Part shown: in pieces, positions 39,250 to 53,518 of the stretch
Layout: each line of letters starts with the position of its first letter
Position numbering within the stretch: the stretch's first letter is position 1
Assembly (NCBI GenBank): GCA_951406725.2
Contig: OX597816.1
Span: 51,832,001 to 51,896,000 of the forward strand
Origin: Octopus vulgaris
Lineage: Eukaryota
Length of the DNA stretch: 64,000 nt
Reading direction: 5' to 3'
Made by a program: the position numbers and the translations under genes
The notes under the pieces: model-generated
The model's database searches: none
Seen by the model: the letters and a program-made list of their open reading frames with translations, nothing else
Told to the model about the DNA's origin: nothing

Positions 39250-42113
39250 TCATGTAAAGAGTTCAGGCCACTTGAGGTCCAGGGAGGCTTTGAACAAAGC
39301 GGTCGTCGGCATCTTCACCATCTCGTCTGGCAGCTTGTTCCACGGATCCGCAACCCGGACGGAGAAAGCTCCTCTCCTTCGATTGAGATGAAATCGTCGC
39401 AGGTAGAGCTTTTCGGAATGACCCCGCAGCCGACGCTCCGGAGCAGGAGTGAAGAACAGCTCTTTCGAGAGGTTACACTTCTCGCTTATGATGTTGTGGG
39501 CGAGAATGAGATCACCACGGCGGCGGCGTTTTTCAAGAGAACAAAGGTCGAGCGTCCTCAGCCTTTCTTCGTAGGACAAATTTTTGAGACCATGAACCAT
39601 GCGGGTAGCCAGCCTCTGGACTCTTTCGAGGTGCTGTATGTCTTTGAGGAGATAAGGAGAAGAGGCTTGAATCCCATACTCCAATATGGGTCTCACCAGC
39701 GTGACATAGAGTGGCAGGAATATGGCTGCTGTGAGCATTCCGAATGACCGTCGAATCAAAAACAGAATTCCGCGCGCTTTATTGGCAGCATGGACGCACT
39801 GGGCCGAAGGCGAAAAGGAGGAATCCACCAAGATACCCAGGTCCTTTACCTGATCGGTCCTCTCCAGCAGCAGACGACCCGGCTCGAAATCAAGTTGAGT
39901 TGCAGGAGTAGAGCCGACAGGCAGATGACAGCACTTTGACACGTTCAGACACAGGTCCCAATCGTTAGACCACTTCCAAATTTGGTGGAGGCATCGACGA
40001 AGATCCTCTATACTACCGCGAGGAGCGACCAGTTTGATATCGTCGGCAAATAGAAGGGTGTGTTGCGTGAGGTCGTCGGGCAAGTCATTTATGAAGACTA
40101 AGAACAACAAGGGCCCAAGCACTGAACCTTGAGGCACGCCACTGCTCGCACTGGAGACGTCGGACCGCGAACCATTAACTTGAACTTGGAAGGATCGATC
40201 TGAGAGGAAGGCACCAACCCATCGTACAATATCCGGATGGAAACTATATGCTTGAAGCTTGACAAGTAGTAGGCGGTGGTTTACCGAGTCAAAAGCTTTG
40301 GCAAAGTCCAATAAAACGATGTCAACAGCATCACTATCATCGAGGATGCGCGTCACCAATTCTTCCATTACTAGTAAGTTGGTCAAGCATGATCTCTTCG
40401 GCACGAAGCCGTGTTGGGAATCAGTGATCGAGGCTGTGTTTAGGAGGTGGAGCATCATACTTTTTCTTAAGGATGGTTTCGAACATCTTGCTGATTATTG
40501 ATGTAAGGGAAACCGGTCGGTAGTTAAGCGGGTCTTCGCGGCTCCCTTTCTTGAAAATTGGGCAGATTATCGCTGTTCTCCAGTCTGCAGGTATAACACC
40601 CGTCGCCAATGACATATTGAATAGTCGTGTTAAGGGCTCGCAGATGACCGGAGCCAACGCTTTGATAACCCGTGGGTGTATGCCGTCAGGGCCGTGACCC
40701 TTGTTGACATCGAGGCCTTGAATAACACGTTTGACTTGGTCCCGCGTGATGATCAATCGAAGCATTAGAGGTACCGATCTATCAAATGGAGGGGGTTCAC
40801 GACCATCATCTTGTTTGAAAATAGTTGAAAAAACCTCGGCAAATAATTGACTCTGTTGATAAGGGTCCTCAATCGATACGCCTGTTGAGTCTACCAACGT
40901 TGCAATCTGGTTGTTCAAGCGGGAATTCCGCTGGACATGGGCAAAGAAGGTTTTTGGATTGCTACTGGCATTTGCCGCGATTTTGTATTCATAACTGAAG
41001 CGTTCTTTCTTTTCAATTTTCACGGCTCGGTCTCGTTGAGTTTTGTACACCTCAAAAGCTGCAGTCGAATCCAGATTTTTGAATTCAGCCCAAGCAATAT
41101 CTCTGAGTCGACGTTCTCGTTTAACCTTCTTCGTCACCCAGGGCTTGTGTTTCTTTCTCTTGGGAAGTCCAACGGGAACTGCCTGGTCAGTCAAACAGAT
41201 TACATATGCTTTGAGGGATGACCATAGTTCGTCAACTGAGGACAACGTCATCAGGGAACGCCAGTCCAGAAGCGCGGAAGCCTCGGTTAGAATTTCAAGA
41301 TTAATTGCAGAGAAGACTCTACGTGGCAGCGAAGTAATCGTGGGCGTGGAAAAAGTTGTGTGCATGACGAACTGCAGGACCGCATGATCACTCTTGGCAA
41401 GAGGGGCGCACACAGATACGTCTGACACTGATCTTGGATAGCGGGAGAATACCAGATCTAGCATAGATGGCTGCTGCCCAGAACGATGCCTTGTCGGATA
41501 TTCAACATGTTGCGATAGAAAACAATCTTCAGCCACGTCAAGAAGGGCCTGGCCGAACCGGGAAGATGTTGTACAAATTGATGCGGGACAATCGATCGTG
41601 GGAGCGTTGAAGTCGCCTAGTACCAAGCAGTCATGCGAAGCTGAAACGAATCTTATCGCTTCGAGTAGATGAGCATCGTCCTGGGGGTCGGCTAGAGGCG
41701 GCCTGTAGACAGCCAACACGGGCAGGCAAAACTCAGATAGGCTCAGCTTGCAATAGACAGCATGTAGGTTGAGCATTTGTGGGTAGAATACCGCAGGACG
41801 GTTTGTGCTCAGACTTAACATACACAGCAACACCTCCACCTCGCCTTTTTCCTCTGTCACATCTGAAAAGGACGTAGCCCTGCAGGTGGATCTCTGAGTC
41901 CTTTACTGCTGGAGTCAGCCAAGTCTCGGTGATAGCTATCACATCAGGGGAGTCGCGTAGGGCCAGTGAAAATAGTTCACTGAACTTTGGGAATAAGGAA
42001 GCACGAGTTGGTGTAGACGATGCTGAGCTGTGAAGTCTGAGGGGCGGGAGTTGGGGAACAAGCAGAATAAAGGGCATCAGAGATAGCATCGTTGACGGTG
42101 GTATCAACTTCAC
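39250..42113 (-). pseudogene. LINE ORF2 (APE endonuclease + reverse transcriptase) broken by three single-base frameshifts
   Basis: LSIVYTN (alternate frame) / PDVIAITETWL / VYRPP, GDFNAP, LDLVF, SDH, GPDGIHP, NYRPVSLTS / QHGF, LDFAKAFDSV, GVPQGSVLGPLLF, FADDIK; shifts near 42000, 41780, 40465. Confidence 0.92.
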
Positions 42114-42125
42114 TTCGATTTGCCC

Positions 42126-43585
42126 TCACATCACTTTCCCTGTCAGCACTACAGCATGGGACCAGAGGTAGGACTTGATTATCTGTCCATCTTGGATTCG
42201 TAAACCCTTCTCTCTCATTTGTTTCCTCATCTTTAGCTCGGATATCAGGTTCCTCCGGCGAATTCTCTCTCTTAGTGAGTATTCCTCGCGAAAACCCATA
42301 TTGGGGTCCTCCCAGGCATGCGTCTGAGCTCTGTTCAGAAAGACTGAAGCCTCCCGATCAGAAGAAAAGATTACCCTTATTGGGCGTGGTCTAGTATCTG
42401 CGGTTGGGTTCGCTTGGAATCTTCCTAGCCGAGCGACATTAAGAACACTGACATTTTCGTTCACAGAGAACAATTTTCCAACCAAAACGGAAACAAAATT
42501 AATGTCATCTTTTAGGCGGTTTATGCCTGTATCACAGGTGGATTCAGCCTTGCCATATATTATTGCCGATCTTGAGTGGGCAAAAAGTTCTCTACTATGA
42601 GCTGCGGTATTCGATTCTTCATTGGAGGATTTCGAAAGGGTGGTTTCATAGCCATTGGACTTATGTCGGCCTGTGGGGTCGATCGGAATGGATTTAGTGG
42701 TCATAATTTTCCCGCCTGGTTTGGAACTGCACTGCCTCTTCTTCGGTTTGGGGAGCACCACTCCCCAGATGAACCCACATCGAGATCGTTCAGAATTGGT
42801 TGAGCAATGGCATTAATGGGAAGGACAAGTGAAGGAGAATCCAAACAGATTTTATCGTGATCAGGTTTCATAGCCAAATCTGCCCCTCTGGAGTTTTGAC
42901 TACGTTTCTTCTTTTGGGGAGAACAACGGTCTTCAGGTGGGTTTGAGTCTACGCTCCTCGAACTAGGTTGGGGAACCTCCGGGACCGAAAAGGCAGATGA
43001 GGAAGAATCCGCACAGGAACGATCATGTGCAGGAACGACCGCCGGTTCCTTCGCCTTCTTTGGCCGCTTCGATTTTGTTCCCTTCGGTTTGGAGGTCCCC
43101 AGGGAAGAAATCAAGGGTGACCCTGCATCAACAGGAGACCGTTTATCGTGGTCAGGTTTCATAGCTAAATCCGCCCCACTGGAGTTTTGACGACGTTTCT
43201 TCTTTTGGGGAGAACAACGGTCTTCAGGTGGGTTTGAGTCTACGCTCCTCAAATTAGGTTGGGGATCCTCCGGGACCGAAAAGGCAGATGAGGAAGAATC
43301 CGCACGGGAACGATCATGTGCAGAAACGACCGCCGGTTCCTTCGCCTTCTTTGGCCGCCTCGATTTTGTTCCCTTCGGTTTGGACGTCTCCAGGGAAGAA
43401 ATCAAGGGTGACTCTGCGTCAACAGGAGACTGTTTATTCAGTAAGAGAGCAACAACAGACTTTAGGTGCTCAACCTCTTGTTTGGGCAACAGCAACTGTT
43501 CGTTGAGCTGACTATTGGTAGGACCATCATCTTGATGAGAAGCCCTACTTGCAGATCTCAGTTTCGATGTGTAGGTAGCTGACAT
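42126..43585 (-). pseudogene. LINE ORF1 (coiled coil, duplicated basic S/P-rich region, RRM-like domain), split by one frameshift near 42760
   Basis: LNEQLLL..EVEHLKSVVALLL heptads; RSAIIYGKAES..VARLGRF..RPRPIRVIF typical of CR1/L2 ORF1; the two ORFs overlap 42701-42761. Confidence 0.8.
42851..43432 (-). repeat. In-frame 291-bp (97 aa) tandem duplication in ORF1
   Basis: TTTATCGTG at 42851 and 43142; AACAGGAGAC at 43130 and 43421. Confidence 0.92.
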
Positions 43586-44466
43586 GATGGATGGTTGACT
43601 AAAAACAATATTCTATGGGCTCTAGGACAAATCGGGGTTAAATCAGGAACAAAAAACAGGTGCAATCCTTGTAGGAGTAGGCAACAGCAGACAAAAACTG
43701 AGAGAGTTTGGGCTGAGCCGAATCACAATCCAAGATTGAAAGCAGACGGTGCAACGAGTCGGGAACCCTTCCTAATTGTCTGAAGCAGCTTTAGGATAAG
43801 GGATAGTATGTCCAAACTTTAGAATATTGATATGCATGTAACATGTTCCACACGATTAAATATCATTTGACGTGCCATTTAGTACTTCAATAATTGCATC
43901 TGCGCATGTTTGTATATGTGTGAATACTGTGTTTATGTGCGAGAAGGCACATGTTTCTGTCTATTATTAAATTAGATTATTAATTTTTCTTTTTTTTCTC
44001 ACGTTTTTCCCTTTTAAAGTATTTCTTTTTAAAGTAAATTATACGTTGGAGGGAGGGCTGGGGGTTTGTTTTTATAGTAAATTCTCTATAGTATTTGTCT
44101 ATACGTATGCATATACTCACACGCACACATATTCATGTATATCTACATCTACACACACACACACACCCATATATATATATATATATTAAAATTATAAATT
44201 ATGATATCTACAAGATGCCACCATGCTGAAAATAGCAGCCATGATCTGACTCTAAAACCACCTTAATTGTCCATATATCAACACGGAGAGAAAACAAAGA
44301 GACAAGCTGAAACTAGTATCTCAAATTTAGGTTAAATCAGTGTTTCTCAAAGGGGAGGCCTATGGGATGGTTGGACAATTTGTTTTGAGAAAATTTGGTT
44401 TAAATGTTTGACAACTCAGCGCCGTCCATTGGACGGGGGACGTATTGCTCGTTTATTTATATATTT

Positions 44467-44540
<74 letters not shown>

Positions 44541-45421
44541 TTATACGAATGTATGTATATACATAAAGATATGTATATAAATTGAGAGGGAGGTGATGTC
44601 CGGCATTACCGTGAACAAATTTTTATACAGCGCACTATCAATCTGGCGCGGCTTTCTGTGCAAGTGTTTTCGACCGTTAGGGTATTAAAGTCCCATGCGA
44701 CCACCGGCTTCTTAAGTATCGAACCACACAAGCCAGATTGCACTTGCTCATTTATCGCAAGTTGAAGAGTAAAAGATTTTGAAGAAAGTATTTATATGCA
44801 ATTGTATCCAATCGGAATAGCAAAATTGAGTCATGTTTCAAGTGTTGAATAAGCCTATCTCGATGACTTTGAGTCGTACACAGTGTTTAATGCGGCGCCA
44901 GCTTTACATATCTATGGAAGACTATCATGAATTGTGACAATGTTACGACTACACTGCATGCTATGATCCCTGAAAATTTAGGTTTTCCTGGAAGCAGATA
45001 TCGGTAAACGTTCATGTCATTTGATTTTAATTGAAACATTCATAATTGACCAAATTACGTCAATATGTGTGCTTAAACTGCTTTCAGGTGAATGAAACGA
45101 TAACCGAGTTGCAGTCATTCTGGTGCAGTTTAATTGCTCGAATATCGAAAGCTTCACTACCTCTTATGCTGATTAGGCATTTTGTAATCTCTTACGCTTG
45201 GATACAGTCGCATAGCCTCCGAGGTGTGACATGATGAAGCAGCTTCGAGTCTAATAAAGGCTGCACTCGTGTCGATATTAGTACCATCTTTGCGTCTAGT
45301 ACAAAGATACCTATGCATAGTCTTTTTTGATATGCTGAGCTTTTCAATTCCAGATCTACTTAGAGGCATGTGTTATGCTAACCCTGCTGTTTTACGGTTA
45401 TATCAGAGTTCGTCGCGTATT

Positions 45422-45493
<72 letters not shown>

Positions 45494-47082
45494 ATGTATA
45501 TATATATATAGTTCCTGACGAACCATATATATATGTATAATACACGAAGGTATTAACTATTCAGAGACTAATATCAAAGGATTCCATGTGCTCTGGAGCA
45601 ACATCATTGATTTCTTTCAATATGAGAACAGCATGTTTTTACTTTAACTTAGGTAAAAAAAAAAAAATATGTCTTGTTACTGAATGGCAGTTCAAAAAAA
45701 CCCAGAAACCCTTTTTTTACCAACTGTAACTCATAATGTTTTTAAAGTTATTAATTTTTTAAAATATATTCTGCAGTCGTCTCTGTTCAATCAGTTACAT
45801 GTGGAGATAAACGAGAGTTTTAGTGATGCTGAGCGACACGTTTACAGTATTTTCGATCGCACTCTTGGCAGATTTTTGCTGATTTTCAGCGTTTATAAGA
45901 AAATCGATTAGTTTCATAATAGTTTAGAACAGAATTGCTATCTTTGATTGCCAGGATATATGTAAACAGGCGCTTCCCCTCAAACACAGACTCGTATATG
46001 AGTAACTAGCTTTTGAAAGGTATCTGTTAATGGTGCTTATAGCTAAGTATTGAAAGAGTAATAAAATCTGTTCATTTGAGTACAGGTGTAATGGAATGTC
46101 TGTGAAAGCCGTTTGACAGTGCTTCTCGCCGAAAACTAATTTAAATTTTCTTCGTTCAGGAGATCTATTATATCTGAAGTGCTACAAAATCTTTAGTTAC
46201 TCAGGTAACTACCATCCTGGGGCAGCGCCGTCAGTTTGTATATGATGACTATATTGCAAATGGAGATACCGAAACTACATATTTATGAAACATTCTATAT
46301 GTGTAATCGTTTTTCTTTTCTATTTCATTCAACAATTTAGTTGCTTAGATACGTTTCGAACTTGTGTTTGTGTTAGTGTTTGTGTGTGTGTGTGTTTGCG
46401 TGCGTGTGTGAGCGCCCACGTGTATATGTCAATCTCTGGATGTGTATGTGTGTGTGTGTGCATGTACGTGTGTGTGTGTGTACTTTTGCTAATCACTCCC
46501 ATTTTAACTGAGTAACTAGCTTATTTTTATTGATTTTTTTCCTGCAAACTTCTTCATAATACGGAGTATCATAGAATTTAATAGCTTGTCCGGCTACTAA
46601 CGTATCTTAACAAAGCTATTACTTTATCAGCCGAAAGAAAAAATGTTAAAAAGTTATATAATAGTTATAGCTTAAAGATACACTTAAGAATATTCGTTTT
46701 TACATAATAAGCATAAAAACGAAAACTTAAATAGTTTTTTTTCCTTGCAAGAAATAGCTAATCACAGATGAGATCAGTTCATGAACGAGATTAACAAGCT
46801 GACACATCATCAAACCACAACGGAGAGAAAACTAGAAACAAACATTAGCTCTTTCGCAAAATGTTATCGTTAAAATAAATGGTAAAATAAAACCCGAACT
46901 ATAAAGATCAAACCACGTAACGACTCTGTTGCTTGAATCTCTCAAATATGCAAGACAATTAAAAGAACAAAAACAAACAAAATTACATTTTTAAAGGAAA
47001 CTTTATGTATGTTCAACGACAAAGAATTTGAGATATTCTCAATAATCGTGGAATACTATCCAACTGAACAGGTAACATAGTA

Positions 47083-47336
47083 TTGGGTTGGTGAAAAATT
47101 ATTGCGGCTTTTTTTTTTCAAAAAATTTTAATCAAGAAAAACAATAACAATATTTCACAAAAAAAAACATCTTTAAATGATAATCTGACCGTCTGCCAAG
47201 CAAACGGGAAGAAGTAATTCAAGTAGACGGTGAATATGCTCCGGAATAACCATGTAAAGATATGTTTGCTATATGTTGTTATTTTTATTGAATAAAATTT
47301 GGTGATAAATGCCGCAATAATTATGCACCAAACCAA
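47083..47336. mobile_element. mariner-type MITE with ~26-bp TIRs and TA duplication
   Basis: TA-TTGGGTTGGTGAAAAATTATTGCGGC ... GCCGCAATAATTATGCACCAAACCAA-TA; TIR resembles the Hsmar1/MADE1 type. Confidence 0.85.
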
Positions 47337-48633
47337 TATTTATGACGATGTAATTTTATATATGTGCGTGTAAGGTGTGTTTTGCGTACGTGTGCTTGTG
47401 TGTGTGTGTGTGTGCTTGCGTGTATGTCTGTGTGCACTAAAATTTTAATTTGGATTATCTACAAAGTAAATATTAGTATGCAAAATAAACACAGAGCGTA
47501 TTGGTATTTATGTATTTATACACGCATACACACAGACACATGCATATGTAATTTTATATACGCACGTATATATATGCGTGTGTGTGGGGTGTATGTTTGT
47601 ATGTATGTATGCATGTACATATGTATGTATGTATTATGTATGTATGTATGTATGTATGTATGTATATATGTACATCTAACACGATGAGAAAGAACTTCGC
47701 GTAATCATTTACTTCTTGACATTTTTTCTCGTTTTTTTTATCGCCTTTCCTACTCTCTTTGCCTTTTACACCCTATTTCAAGAAAGAAAGATGCTGTCCA
47801 AAATGTCTTAACCAACACTTTGTCTCTCTTTAAGCATGAAAATAATAATTTAGATCACATGAACTTACAATGTCAATTTGGTTTATTTTTTTCGCTTTCC
47901 ATGGATGTACATACATGCATATATACATATATACTTTATATATTTACACCTAACTACGAGCACCGGCGCTCACTTACGTACTGATATATGTGTGTGTGTG
48001 TATGTGTACGTGTGTGTGTGTGCTTCACAAATATCATTCTGAGTCACTGCCTAGCATCGTCCGGTGGTAAGCGGAGACTTATCACTGGCTTTATTGTACT
48101 TCAGTTTCCCCTCTATGTGATAAAGCAACGCAGTTGGTCAAGCTGTTATCTTTTCAATTTTCTCATGAGGCGTGAATTTTTAACGATATCTATATGCGCA
48201 GAAGCCTAAAAATGCTATGGTCCGCAGCGGAATTTGTTTTCTTCAAATTATTACAAAGTTCTATTTAAATAAAGGATTTCCGAAAACTTAACGCAGCTTA
48301 TATTAACGTTAGATCCACCATAAATATTTTCATCTGCACAGGTTGTTCTTGGATACGTCTTTGAGTAAGCGAGATAATCCCATCCAATTCAGTAAACTTA
48401 AGAGTGCGATTACTTTTGAGAATTTCCAGATATTTCCCGATTCAATAGGTTTCAGTTTGTTTTGAATTCAGAAAATAGCGTCGGAAATTTCGTGGCGATA
48501 GTCATAGAATTGAATGTGTCTGGGAGAGCAAAATGACCCTACTTTCAAATTTTCATCCAAGAGAACGTTTACTCTAAGCGAGAATTATGTGAACCTATCT
48601 ATCTATCCGTCTATCTATCTCTTTCTTTCTCGC

Positions 48634-48690
<57 letters not shown>

Positions 48691-49179
48691 ACATATATAC
48701 ACATAGGTATGTATTATTTAATAAACACAGTATATGTATATATGTGCTACTATTACGTTCATGGGCTGAGAACAAGCCAAACATTGTTTTATAGTACGTC
48801 TGGTGTCCCAACGCAATTTATCAGACGCTGCCCATGTGGAATAACGAACTAAAAACAGGGCAAGGGAAAAAAAGCGAGATAAGGTGAGAAGGAAGTATAT
48901 GTAAAAAGTGGAATGAGAAAAAATCAGAAAACGAAAACCTAATCAGACAGCAACAAAAGGGAATATGAGGTATTTCCCTTATACCGTAATTTATAAAACT
49001 GAAAAGATAGGATTTATGGTACTGCTCTTTAATTCGGTGTGGGGTTACATCCCAATACTTCCACAGGTACAATTTCCAAGGCTTCCACCACACCCACTCC
49101 GTTTCACGGACCACAAAAAGGGTTTTGTAGCATATTAGGAGGCCAGAGTAATTGATTCCACGCAAAAAAAAAACGATTA

Positions 49180-49507
49180 TTTTTCTTAGTGAAAATCGTC
49201 CGAGTGTTAATCTACAAATTTAACAACATTTTCCCATTCATTTCTGTTTATGAACATGTATGCATGCACAAAACATGCAATAGGTGTACGTACGTACATG
49301 TGTGTTCGTGTCTGTTGCCCATATATATTTATATTATATTATATTATATTATATATAATATATATAATATATATATAATATAACCAATTTCAACGGATTT
49401 TGCCCAAATTTGATGTCGATATTACTTAGTTTGGTTTGAAATAAAGAACTTGATTAGCTTAATAATCGTAACTTAATCCCGGGCAAGGCCTGGTTATACT
49501 GCTAGTA
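49180..49507 (-). mobile_element. Possible Helentron-associated (DINE-1/HINE-like) fragment
   Basis: Minus terminus TACTAGCAGTATAACCAGGCCTTGCCCGGG and AAATTTGGGCAAAATCCGTTG motif; left boundary uncertain. Confidence 0.4.
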
Positions 49508-49520
49508 TATATATATATAT

Positions 49521-49563
<43 letters not shown>

Positions 49564-49764
49564 CATAAATACACACACATACATATATATATGTATATAT
49601 ATATACATATATATATCATAGTGTACATTTAAACACCAGAGAAAACTACGTTTAATAGGTAATTTTTACATGCTAGAAGAAGTAGTGAAAACGACCAAAA
49701 CCACATTTTTAAGAGCAATTTTCGAAGGGGAACGAACAATAGAAACTTGTTATTTTTTACGGTC

Positions 49765-49817
<53 letters not shown>

Positions 49818-52800
49818 CATACACACAATCACACAATATCAGATTTTTCTGGTGAGACAGCTAATAAGCTAAGCTCTGAAGAAAATGATTTCAGTACGGT
49901 GTAAATATATCTACTTTGCTTTATATGGGTATTGTCCATTCATGTAACAACCTTTATGGTATGTTAGCACATTTCCGTCATATTATATCAACTATTCTCG
50001 TCTCTCTGCAGGTCATATTTAAAATCAACAGAACTACTGTAAGACATACGCGGCACTGGTACATCGAAATATTTGTAAAAATTCAATAAGTCTACCAAGT
50101 TAAAAGATTACTAAATCCATTATCACACCCGTATGTGGCTTAGTAACATCTATTTTTGACACGAAGAAGGAAATTGGTTTAGTTTTAAAACGGAGAGTAG
50201 CAATATCAACCTCGAAAAATAATCTACATTTCAACAGTTACAAAGCTTGTATTAATTCAAACACAAAATTCAGTAAATATCACTACCTTTGCCTGATATA
50301 TGAGAAAATTATAGGAGACAGAAGAAATAAAATATATTTCTTTTAACAAATAAAAGAAGAATTTCGTACATTTTCGAGTGACTCTCAAATTAATAAGCTG
50401 CTCTTTAAACAGTCGTTAAGTTATTTCCATTAGACGTAATATGTGTAATTGAAGTGTCGTTTGTGCTGGGTTAATACATATCAATAGAATTTTATACGAT
50501 CAGAAAATATACCTATTCGGTATTTATATATTTATGTTGTTTTACTAATCAATGCTTTGAAATAGATTATGCTAATGACTAACTCTTTTCTATCTATAAC
50601 ACATATGCAAAAAGTTGTATAATTATACGTTTAATACCTGTTGGCTGCTGTGCTTAATTATACATCTGATGAGCAATTCAGTATAGCTGATACACTATGA
50701 TACTTTATACATTAGCATATATATTGACTATAATTTTTTGTATATCGGTTGATAATTGAGAAAAAATTAAAAGATATTGTAATGTTTTGTGCATTTTAAA
50801 TAAGAGTATCAGTATTATTAATTATTCAAATCAACATCTCATTAAGAAGTCTGTCAAAAGTGCTAATTAAAATACATGAAGTGGGGAAATATAACTTAAA
50901 ATTATAGATATAGAATCCGTAACTTTGCTATAATTTGAAAATGTTATTGGTATGTATAGAATCGATACGATCTATGTATCAATTAAACTTATGACATCTA
51001 ATTGGGGTAATTTAACGATATTTTATAGAGCTGTTCACCTTAAAATAACAAATCTGTAAACTCGCTCGTAAAATATACATCACAAGATCTTTAGAAAACA
51101 TATAATAAAACAAAAGCATAAGCATTAACATATCCAAGTAATCGTCGCTTATCTCTGGTTTCAAAACTTTTGAGAACATTTTGTAGTAGTGGTTAAAAAG
51201 ATAATTTTTTGTAAAACTAGTTTATTGCATCAAGACTTGTTGTTTTCCACACAACATCCAATTTACTGAGGGCTCTATAGTTGTTCTTCGCAGTAAATTT
51301 CATTACTTTGAAGTCTAACTTTCCCACTTTAGGCTATGTTTGTCTTCTTTGTTTAAAATCTATACTTCTTTGGACGTACGATCTTGCTTCTCTTTTATAC
51401 GAGATGTTATCAACTTTCTGCCTTTAGTCTTATATCATATTGAATTTGGCCCATAATTTCCCTCCTATCATCTTAGCCTAAATAAATACCTTATCTAAAT
51501 ATCACATAGGCTACAGTGATCACATTAGTCTTCCTATTCTTCCCATATATGTAGCAAGTTGTCACCTTGAAATTCCCTTGAAATTCAATAGCTAGGGTTA
51601 CAGTCAGAACTTGATTTTGGGAGTTCACAGCATAGAGTTTTAATGATGAATGATTCATAATAAATACTCAATTGATTACGTAGAATGATTATAGTTTTCT
51701 CTCCTGCTTTTAGTGAGAAATTAAAGAGGTGTAGATTGTAGTAATTTATAACACAAGAACAGATCTGAAAATATTTCAATAATTGTTGTGTGGACGCCCC
51801 CAGACGATGAAGTAGGTATAGAGGGAGAAGCCTAGACGTCAAAGCAGACTAAGAGTAGAGAAGAGTAGAGAGTTGAGTAGTAGAGGTATCCGAACGTGCG
51901 ACATAACAATGATATATTTAACACTAAAATAACCAAGCTCCATTCGAATGCTGCTGTCGTTATTTAACCCGTACAAATTAGACACCGATTTTCATTTCAA
52001 CAAAATTCAATTTAGAATGTCGTGTGTAAAATACCAAAAAGAAAACTAAAAATTTTAAGCTACAATCAATACGCGAAACAATAATGCTACTATTTACCAT
52101 AGACATGTGTATATCAGAAGATTTGTATACAAAAGTCTAATGAATATACATAGTAATACACAATGTTTTGAGTATAAATAAAAGATAACTAAGTTCTAAA
52201 ATGTTTAGCAACGAAAATGAAGCAATTTCCTATCGCTAAAGTACTTTTAGCAGTGACAAATTTACGTGAATTCTAGCTTAACAATTTGTGGAATGGAAGA
52301 TAGATAACACCCCCACCAAAATTAAGTCGTTGCTGCTAAAAAAAAACTGGCTTTGTTTGTAATGTTATAAACTCTCTATATCGTCGCATTATATAAAAAA
52401 ATTAATCATCATAGAATCTTATTTAGTACACAATAATGCATCGCCTTTTTATTTCTTTGCTGAGGAAAGACAAAATAAAAAGAGCATTAGCTTAAAACGG
52501 TTATCTTTTATGTGAAATTTTAAAAAAAACACTGCTAGAATCTTGTGAATGAGGTACGTTTTTATATCATTATCGATAATATCAGAGTAAAGAACATTTT
52601 CTCATTCTTTGTAATTCCACCACTACATAGACAGATGCAACAGTTTAGATGATGGTGAAGTATGTTCCGTTCCAGATGACTGAAAGTTCACAATTCCTTA
52701 CGGGATGTTATACATATATCACTCGCTTCCCAGTTATATCCAGATGAGCAGGTGGGGTGGCTGTTATTCAACACCAGCTTTTGTGGAATAAGCTATACAT

Positions 52801-53099
52801 CATACATCTCTATCCCATTAACTCAACATAATTGTATTAAATTTCTCGTCGATTTCCAAGCAATGAACTAATAAATACATAAGCGGTGAGAAACTACTTG
52901 CGTCTACTGTAACAATATCTAAAACACTGCAATTAAACACGACACTGGACACGCCTATCAAGTTTTAAATTTGTTATATAAGGGTCCCCCAGACTGCTTG
53001 CAGAATTATTCGAACTTTCTGAAATTTACACAGAAATATTTCAACTATCCAGTTGCTTAAACGTGTCTATCGTTTTATTTTGAAAATGAGTAACGCTGC

Positions 53100-53515
53100 A
53101 AAAATGAGTAACGCTGCGATGGACTGGCGTCCCGTCCAGCTGGGGAACGCATACGCCATAAAAACCGGGAAACCGGACCCATGAGCCTGGCTAGGTTTTG
53201 AAAGGGCGCATTACATTTCTGGAGGCACATGGCCTAGTGGTTAGAGCAGCGGACTTGCGGTCGAGTGATTGCGGGTTTGAATCTCAGACCGGGTGATGCG
53301 TGTGTTTATGAGCGAAACACCTAAGCTCCACGCGGCTCCGGCAGAAGGTAATGGCGAACTTCTGCTGACTATCTCGCCACAACTTTCTCTCACTCCCTCC
53401 TACATGTTGCAGCTCACCTGCGACGGACCGGCGTCCCGTCCAGGTCGGGAACCTATACGCCAAGGAAACCAGGAAACCGGCCCTTATGAGCCAGGCATGG
53501 CTCGAGAAGGAACAC
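53100..53515 (+). mobile_element. SINE family C 3' fragment (53100-53212) followed by a full copy (53221-53515)
   Basis: GGAGGCACATGGCCTAGTGGTTAGAGCAGCGGAC head; GGAC.GGCGTCCCGTCCAG in both parts. Confidence 0.85.
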
Positions 53516-53518
53516 ATA

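Larger units (their letters stand above)
39153..43790 (-). mobile_element. Near full-length LINE, CR1/L2 group: 5'UTR, ORF1, APE-RT ORF2, ~65-bp 3'UTR, (AACT)n tail
   Basis: (AGTT)n at 39153-39185 on plus; contiguous coding segments; sharp GC step at both ends; 5' boundary approximate. Confidence 0.92.

Noticed and set aside
39226-41387. Plus-strand ORFs antisense to LINE ORF2, and minus ORFs inside 6942-8852 and 54783-56660
   Set aside because: Shadow ORFs of the real reading frames.
39147-43783. TCTGA as TSD of the long LINE
   Set aside because: Only 5 bp and the 5' boundary is uncertain; cannot be distinguished from chance.
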